This document shows, in pieces, positions 55,624 to 64,000 of a stretch of DNA of 64,000 nt. Where the stretch lies: the NCBI GenBank assembly GCA_964016885.1, contig OZ024743.1, positions 374,046,001-374,110,000 of the forward strand. The letters are read 5' to 3'. The position numbers and the translations under genes are program-made. How positions within the stretch are numbered: position 1 is the stretch's first letter; each line of letters opens with the position of its first letter. Source of the stretch: Eledone cirrhosa (lineage: Eukaryota). The notes under the pieces are model-generated. The model worked only from the letters and a program-made list of their open reading frames with translations. It did not search any database and was not told the DNA's origin.

Positions 55624-56549
55624 TTATAATATATCTTATAATAATGACGATGATGATGATAATGTTTATAATTTCGAAAATATGAAAATGTGAACGTACC
55701 AAACACAGAAAAAGCTGTAATAACTGTCGATCACTATAGATAATTGTTGAAAATATTGGATAAGTTACCCTAACACACACACACACACACACACATATAT
55801 TTATTTATATATGTATTCGTGAATGAATAATAATTATATTATAATCATATTATTAATATTCGGTTCGTTTGCAAGCAAACAACCTCGTGACATCATGTGT
55901 TTTCTAGATGATGGCGTTATCCTTTTGTACCAGCGGTAGCAGAGAGAAAACAGTCGACAATTGTTTCGGTGTTATTGCCCCTTATCGAGACTGTGTATCC
56001 TCGTCGCCGCTACTCGCTGGAACTGCTGAGAATACATAGTAATATGTAATATAGATATTCTAACTCAGAGCTGCGTGAGTTGGAAGGAATACTGTAATAC
56101 ATGATCTGAGATATTCTAACAACTGAGCTAATTTACCGCCGTAATTACATGTAACTGCTCTCTAATATTTTTAATCAACGAAAGGGCTTATGAGGCGTTT
56201 AACGATCACTTAACATGTCAGAAAGAGCAACGATCTGAGCTCCCTAACGGTGCCAATCTGTATCCACTTTTGCCTTTTCCTCTTGACAACATTGATGACG
56301 TGGAGATAGGTGACTTGCATGCTAGTATTCCACCTTAGAGAAGAACTTTCCAGGTGTATGTTCCTGTTCTAGACTGTGATTACAGGAATATTTAACTGCT
56401 ATGTCTTACAAGTCGAGTCACTGAATGGTTTTATTTACATCTAATGTTAACTGAGAGTTTTTTGTGGTTTAGTTAAACAGAAGGAGCAAGCCTGCCGCTG
56501 TTACTACCGTTGTTGTTATAGTTATTATTGCTGTTGATTCAAATATTTT

Positions 56550-59500
56550 GTTGCAGACAACACACTAGTAATAATTTACTGTCATGTTTATAGCCAATAC
56601 TTGTTGCACCTTATGGTGCAGAAAACACAGTACTACTGACTTACTCTACATGTTTATAGCCAATACTTGTTGCACCTTATGGTGCAGAAAACACAGTACT
56701 ACTGACTTACTCTACATGTTTATAGCCAATACTTGTTGCACCTTATGGTGCAGAAAACACAGTACTACTGACTTACTCTACATGTTTATAGCCAATACTT
56801 GTTGCACCTTATGGTGCAGAAAACACAGTACTACTGACTTAACATATTTATAGCCAACACTGTTGCACTTTGCGGTGCAAACAACATAGTACTACTAAAA
56901 TACTCTATATGTTTATAGTCAACACTTGTTGCACTTATGTTGCACATAACACAGTATTGACTTACTCTACATGTTTATAGCCAACACTTGTTGCACTTTA
57001 GGATGCAGAGAACACGGTACTACTGACTTACCCTATATGTTTATAGCCAACACATGTTGCACTTTATGGTGCAGAGAACACAGTACTACTGACTTACTCT
57101 ACATGTTTATAGCCAACACTTGTTGCACTTTATGGTGCAGAGAACACAGTACTACTGACTTACTCTACATCTTTATAGCCAACACTTGTTGCACTTTATG
57201 GTGCAGAGAACACAGTACTACTGACTTACTCTACATGTTTATAGCCAACACTTGTTGCACTTTATGGTGAAGAGAACGAAGTACTACTGATTTACACTAC
57301 ATGTTTATAGCCAATACTTGTTGTACCTATGTTGCACATAACACAGTACTACTGACTTACACTACATGTTTATAGCCAACACATGTTGCACTTTATGGTG
57401 CAGAGAACAGAGTACTACTGACTTACTCTACATGTTTATAGCCAACACTTGTTGCACTTTATGGTGCAGAGAACGAAGTACTACTGACTTACACTACATG
57501 TTTATAGCCAACACATGTTGCACTTTATGGTGCAGAGAACAGAGTACTACTGACTTATTCTACATGTTTATAGCCAACACATGTTGCACTTTATGGTGCA
57601 GAGAACACAGTACTACTGACTTACTCTACATGTTTATAGCCAACACTTGTTGCATTTTATGGTGCAGAGAACAAAGTACTACTGACTTACTCTACATGTT
57701 TATAGCCAACACTTGTTGCACCTATGTTGCACATAACACAGTACTACTGACTTTCACTACGTCTTTATAGCCAACACTTGTTGCACTTTATGGTGCAGAG
57801 AACACGGTACTACTGACTTACACCACATGTTTATAGCCAATACTTGTTGTACTTTATGGTGCAGAGAACACGGTACTACTGACTTACTCTACATGTTTAT
57901 AGCCAACAGTTGTTGCACTTTATGGTGCAGAGAACACGGTACTACTGACTTACACTACATGTTTATAGCCAACACTTGTTGCACTTTATGGTGCAGAGAA
58001 CACGGTACTACTGACTTACTCTACATGTTTATAGCCAACAGTTGTTGCACTTTATGGTGCAGAGAACAAAGTACTACTGACTTACTCTACATGTATTTAG
58101 CCAACACTTGTTGCACTTTATGGTGCAGAGAACAAAGTACTACTGACTTACTCTACATGTTTATAGCCAACACTTGTTGCACATTATGGTGCAGAGAACA
58201 AAGTACTACTGACTTACACTACATGTTTATAGCCAACACTTGTTGCACTTTATGGTGCAGCGAACAAAGTACTACTGGCTTACTCTACATGTTTATAGCC
58301 AACACTTGTTGCAATTTATGGTGCAGAGAACACAGTACTACTGACTTACTCTACATGTTTATAGCCAACACTTGTTGCACTTTAGGATGCAGAGAACACG
58401 GTACTACTGACTTACTCTACATGTTTATAGCCAACACTTGTTGCACTTTAGGATGCAGAGAACACAGTACTACTGGCTTACTCTACATGTTTATAGCCAA
58501 CACTTGTTGCACTTTATGGTGCAGAGAACACAGTACTACTGACTTACACTACATGTTTATAGCCAACACTTGTTGCACTTTAGGATGCAGAGAACACGGT
58601 ACTACTGGCTTACTCTATATGTTTATAGCCAACACTTGTTGCACTTTATGGTGCACATAACACAGTACTACTGACTTACCCTATATGTTTATAGCCAACA
58701 CTTGTTGCACTTTATGGTGCAGAGAACAAAGTACTACTGACTTACTCTACATGTTTATAGCCAACACTTAGTTGCACTTTATGGTGCAGAGAACGAAGTA
58801 CTACTGACTTACTCTACATGTTTATAGCCAACACTTGTTGCACCTATGTTGCACATAACACAGTACTACTGACTTACACTATATGTTTATAGACAACACT
58901 TGTTGCACTTTATGGTGCAGAGAATACAGTACTACTGACTTACTCTACATGTTTATAGCCAACACTTGTTGCACTTTATGTTGCACATAACACGGTACTA
59001 CTGACTTACTCTAAATGTTTATAGCCAACACTTGTTGCACTTTAGGATGCAGAGAACACGGTACTACTGACTTACTCTACATGTTTATAGCCAACACTTG
59101 TTGCACTTTATGGTGCAGAGAACACGGTACTACTGACTTACTCTAAATGTTTATAGCCAACACTTGTTGCACCTATGTTGCACATAACACAGTACTAATG
59201 ACTTACACTACATGTTTATAGCCAACACGTGTTGCACTTTATGGTGCAGAGAACAAAGTACTAGTGGCTTACTCTACATGTTTATAGCCAACACTTGTTG
59301 CACTTTATGGTGCAGAGAACAAAGTACTACTGACTTACTCTACATGTTTATAGCCAACACTTGTTGCGGTTTATGGTGCACATAACACAGTACTACTGAC
59401 TTACTCTACATGTTTATAGCGAACACTTGTTGCACCTATGTTACACATAACACAGTACTAATAACTTACACTACATGTTTATAGCCAACACGTGTTGCAC

Positions 59501-62500
59501 TTTATGGTGCAGAGAACAAAATACTAGTGGCTTACTCTACATGTTTATAGCCAACACTTGTTGCACTTTATGGTGCAGAGAACACGGTACTACTGACTTA
59601 CTCTACGTGTTTATAGCCAACACTTGTTGCACTTTATGGTGCAGAGAACAGGGTACGACTGATTTACTCTACATGTTTGAAACCAACACTTGTTGCACTT
59701 TAGGATGCAGAGAACACGGTACTACTGACTTACACTACATGTTTATAGCCAACACTTGTTGCACCTATGTTGCACATAACACAGTACTACTGACTTACAC
59801 TACATGTTTATAGCCAACACTTGTTGCACTTTATGGTGGAGAGAACAAAGTACTACTGGCTTACTCTACATGTTTATAGCCAACACTTGTTGCACTTTAT
59901 GGTGCAGAGAACACAGTACTACTGACTTACTCTACATGTTTATAGCCAACACTTTTTGCACTTTATGGTGCAGAGAATACAGTACTACTGACTTACTCAA
60001 CATGTTTATAGCCAACACTTGTTGCACTTTATGGTGCAGAGAACAAAGTACTACTGACTTACACTACATGTTTATAGCAAACACATGTTGCACTTTATGG
60101 TGCAGAGAACACAGTACTACTGACTTACTCTACATGTTTATAGCCAACACTTGTTGCACCTATGTTGCACATAACACAGTACTACTGACTTACACTATAT
60201 GTTTATAGACAACACTTGTTGCACTTTATGGTGCAGAGTACACGGTACTACTGACTTACTCTACATGTTTATAGCCAACACTTTTTGCACTTTATGGTGC
60301 AGAGAACAAAGTACTACTGACTTACTCTACATGTTTATAGCCAACACTTGTTGCACTTTATGGTGCAGAGAATACAGTACTACTGACTTAATCTACGTGT
60401 TTATAGCCAACATTTGTTGCACTTTATGGTGCAGAGAACAGGGTACTACTGACTTACTCTACATGTTTAAAGCCAACACTTGTTGCACTTTAGGATGCAG
60501 AGAACACGGTACTACTGACTTACACTACATGTTTATAGCCAACACATGTTGCACTTTATGGTGCAGAGAACACAGTACTACTGACTTATTCTACATGTTT
60601 ATAGCCAACACATGTTGCACTTTATGGTGCAGAGAACACAGTACTACTGACTTACACTACATGTTTATAGCCAACACTTGTTGCACTTTAGGATGCAGAG
60701 AACACGGTACTACTGGCTTACTCTATATGTTTATAGCCAACACTTGTTGCACTTTATGGTGCACATAACACAGTACTACTGACTTACCCTATATGTTTAT
60801 AGCCAACACTTGTTGCACTTTATGGTGCAGAGAACAAAGTACTACTGACTTACTCTACATGTTTATAGCCAACACTTAGTTGCACTTTATGGTGCAGAGA
60901 ACGAAGTACTACTGACTTACTCTACATGTTTATAGCCAACACTTGTTGCACCTATGTTGCACATAACACAGTACTACTGACTTACACTATATGTTTATAG
61001 ACAACACTTGTTGCACTTTATGGTGCAGAGAATACAGTACTACTGACTTACTCTACATGTTTATAGCCAACACTTGTTGCACTTTATGTTGCACATAACA
61101 CGGTACTACTGACTTACTCTAAATGTTTATAGCCAACACTTGTTGCACTTTAGGATGCAGAGAACACGGTACTACTGACTTACTCTACATGTTTATAGCC
61201 AACACTTGTTGCACTTTATGGTGCAGAGAACACGGTACTACTGACTTACTCTAAATGTTTATAGCCAACACTTGTTGCACCTATGTTGCACATAACACAG
61301 TACTAATGACTTACACTACATGTTTATAGCCAACACGTGTTGCACTTTATGGTGCAGAGAACAAAGTACTAGTGGCTTACTCTACATGTTTATAGCCAAC
61401 ACTTGTTGCACTTTATGGTGCAGAGAACAAAGTACTACTGACTTACTCTACATGTTTATAGCCAACACTTGTTGCGGTTTATGGTGCACATAACACAGTA
61501 CTACTGACTTACTCTACATGTTTATAGCGAACACTTGTTGCACCTATGTTACACATAACACAGTACTAATAACTTACACTACATGTTTATAGCCAACACG
61601 TGTTGCACTTTATGGTGCAGAGAACAAAATACTAGTGGCTTACTCTACATGTTTATAGCCAACACTTGTTGCACTTTATGGTGCAGAGAACACGGTACTA
61701 CTGACTTACTCTACGTGTTTATAGCCAACACTTGTTGCACTTTATGGTGGAGAGAACAAAGTACTACTGGCTTACTCTACATGTTTATAGCCAACACTTG
61801 TTGCACTTTATGGTGCAGAGAACACAGTACTACTGACTTACTCTACATGTTTATAGCCAACACTTTTTGCACTTTATGGTGCAGAGAATACAGTACTACT
61901 GACTTACTCAACATGTTTATAGCCAACACTTGTTGCACTTTATGGTGCAGAGAACAAAGTACTACTGACTTACACTACATGTTTATAGCAAACACATGTT
62001 GCACTTTATGGTGCAGAGAACACAGTACTACTGACTTACTCTACATGTTTATAGCCAACACTTGTTGCACCTATGTTGCACATAACACAGTACTACTGAC
62101 TTACACTATATGTTTATAGACAACACTTGTTGCACTTTATGGTGCAGAGTACACGGTACTACTGACTTACTCTACATGTTTATAGCCAACACTTTTTGCA
62201 CTTTATGGTGCAGAGAACAAAGTACTACTGACTTACTCTACATGTTTATAGCCAACACTTGTTGCACTTTATGGTGCAGAGAATACAGTACTACTGACTT
62301 AATCTACGTGTTTATAGCCAACATTTGTTGCACTTTATGGTGCAGAGAACAGGGTACTACTGACTTACTCTACATGTTTAAAGCCAACACTTGTTGCACT
62401 TTAGGATGCAGAGAACACGGTACTACTGACTTACACTACATGTTTATAGCCAACACATGTTGCACTTTATGGTGCAGAGAACACAGTACTACTGACTTAT

Positions 62501-64000
62501 TCTACATGTTTATAGCCAACACATGTTGCACTTTATGGTGCAGAGAACACAGTACTACTGACTTACTCTACATGTTTATAGCCAACACTTGTTGCACTTT
62601 ATGGTGAAGAGAACGAAGTACTACTGATTTACACTACATGTTTATAGCCAATACTTGTTGTACCTATGTTGCACATAACACAGTACTACTGACTTACACT
62701 ACATGTTTATAGCCAACACATGTTGCACTTTATGGTGCAGAGAACAGAGTACTACTGGCTTACTCTACATGTTTATAGCCAACACATGTTGCACTTTATG
62801 GTGCAGAGAACAGAGTACTACTGACTTATTCTACATGTTTATAGCCAACACATGTTGCACTTTATGGTGCAGAGAATACAGTACTACTGACTTACTCTAC
62901 ATGTTTATAGCCAACACTTGTTGCATTTTATGGTGCAGAGAACAAAGTACTACTGACTTACTCTACATGTTTATAGCCAACACTTGTTGCACCTATGTTG
63001 CACATAACACAGTACTACTGACTTTCACTACGTCTTTATAGCCAACACTTGTTGCACTTTATGGTGCAGAGAACACGGTACTACTGACTTACACTACATG
63101 TTTATAGCCAATACTTGTTGTACTTTATGGTGCAGAGAACACGGTACTACTGACTTACTCTACATGTTTATAGCCAACAGTTGTTGCACTTTTTGGTGCA
63201 GAGAACACGGTACTACTGACTTACACTACATGTTTATAGCCAACACTTGTTGCACTTTATGGTGCAGAGAACACGGTACTACTGACTTACTCTACATGTT
63301 TATAGCCAACAGTTGTTGCACTTTATGGTGCAGAGAACAAAGTACTACTGACTTACTCTACATGTATTTAGCCAACACTTGTTGCACTTTATGGTGCAGA
63401 GAACAAAGTACTACTGACTTACTCTACATGTTTATAGCCAACACTTGTTGCACTTTATGGTGCAGAGAACAAAGTACTACTGACTTACACTACATGTTTA
63501 TAGCCAACACTTGTTGCACTTTATGGTGCAGCGAACAAAGTACTACTGGCTTACTCTACATGTTTATAGCCAACACTTGTTGCAATTTATGGTGCAGAGA
63601 ACACAGTACTACTGACTTACTCTACGTGTTTATGGCCAACACTTGTTGCACTTTATGGTGCAGAGAACACAGTTCTACTGACTTACTCTACATGTTTATA
63701 GCCAACACTTGTTGCACTTTAGGATGCAGAGAACACGGTACTACTGACTTACTCTACATGTTTATAGCCAACACTTGTTGCACTTTAGGATGCAGAGAAC
63801 ACAGTATTACTGGCTTACTCTACATGTTTATAGCCAACACTTGTTGCACTTTATGGTGCAGAGAACACAGTACTACTGACTTACACTACATGTTTATAGC
63901 CAACACTTGTTGCACTTTAGGATGCAGAGAACACGGTACTACTGGCTTACTCTACATGTTTATAGCCAACACTTGTTGCACTTTAGGATGCAGAGAACAC
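56550..64000. repeat. 66-bp satellite array (with 65-bp variant), runs off the window end
   Basis: Unit atgtttatagccaacacttgttgcactttatggtgcagagaacacagtactactgacttactctac, more than 100 copies. Confidence 0.97.

Noticed and set aside
56584-63041. Cys-rich 22-aa repeat ORFs (MFIANTCCTLWCREHSTTDLLY)
   Set aside because: Arise from a 66-bp satellite whose period is a multiple of 3; frequent 65-bp monomers and stops break the frame

Overview
Repeat-saturated, AT-rich animal genomic DNA with no convincing host gene; SINE and microsatellite content suggests an octopus/cephalopod (inference). It contains three divergent, near full-length, frameshifted Tx1-clade LINEs (minus strand), two R4/Dong-like RT-RLE retrotransposons, RTE fragments, many tRNA-derived SINEs, a non-autonomous element family sitting in (ATGT)n, a 66-bp satellite with higher-order structure, and long (TA)n tracts. 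The most notable signal is non-coding: at least seven different short elements are inserted in (TA)n tracts, each built as a fold-back palindrome and/or circularly permuted tandem repeat. Most carry a Type I hammerhead ribozyme motif with a short self-complementary stem III. They include a near-perfect 16 x 311-bp hammerhead array and a ~165-bp palindrome made almost entirely of two hammerheads. A decayed Penelope-type GIY-YIG fragment nearby suggests a Penelope-like-element-mobilised retrozyme/circRNA system targeting (TA)n. All three Tx1 elements also share a GGTAAGT splice-donor motif just upstream of ORF2. All folds and alignments were done by eye and boundaries are approximate.
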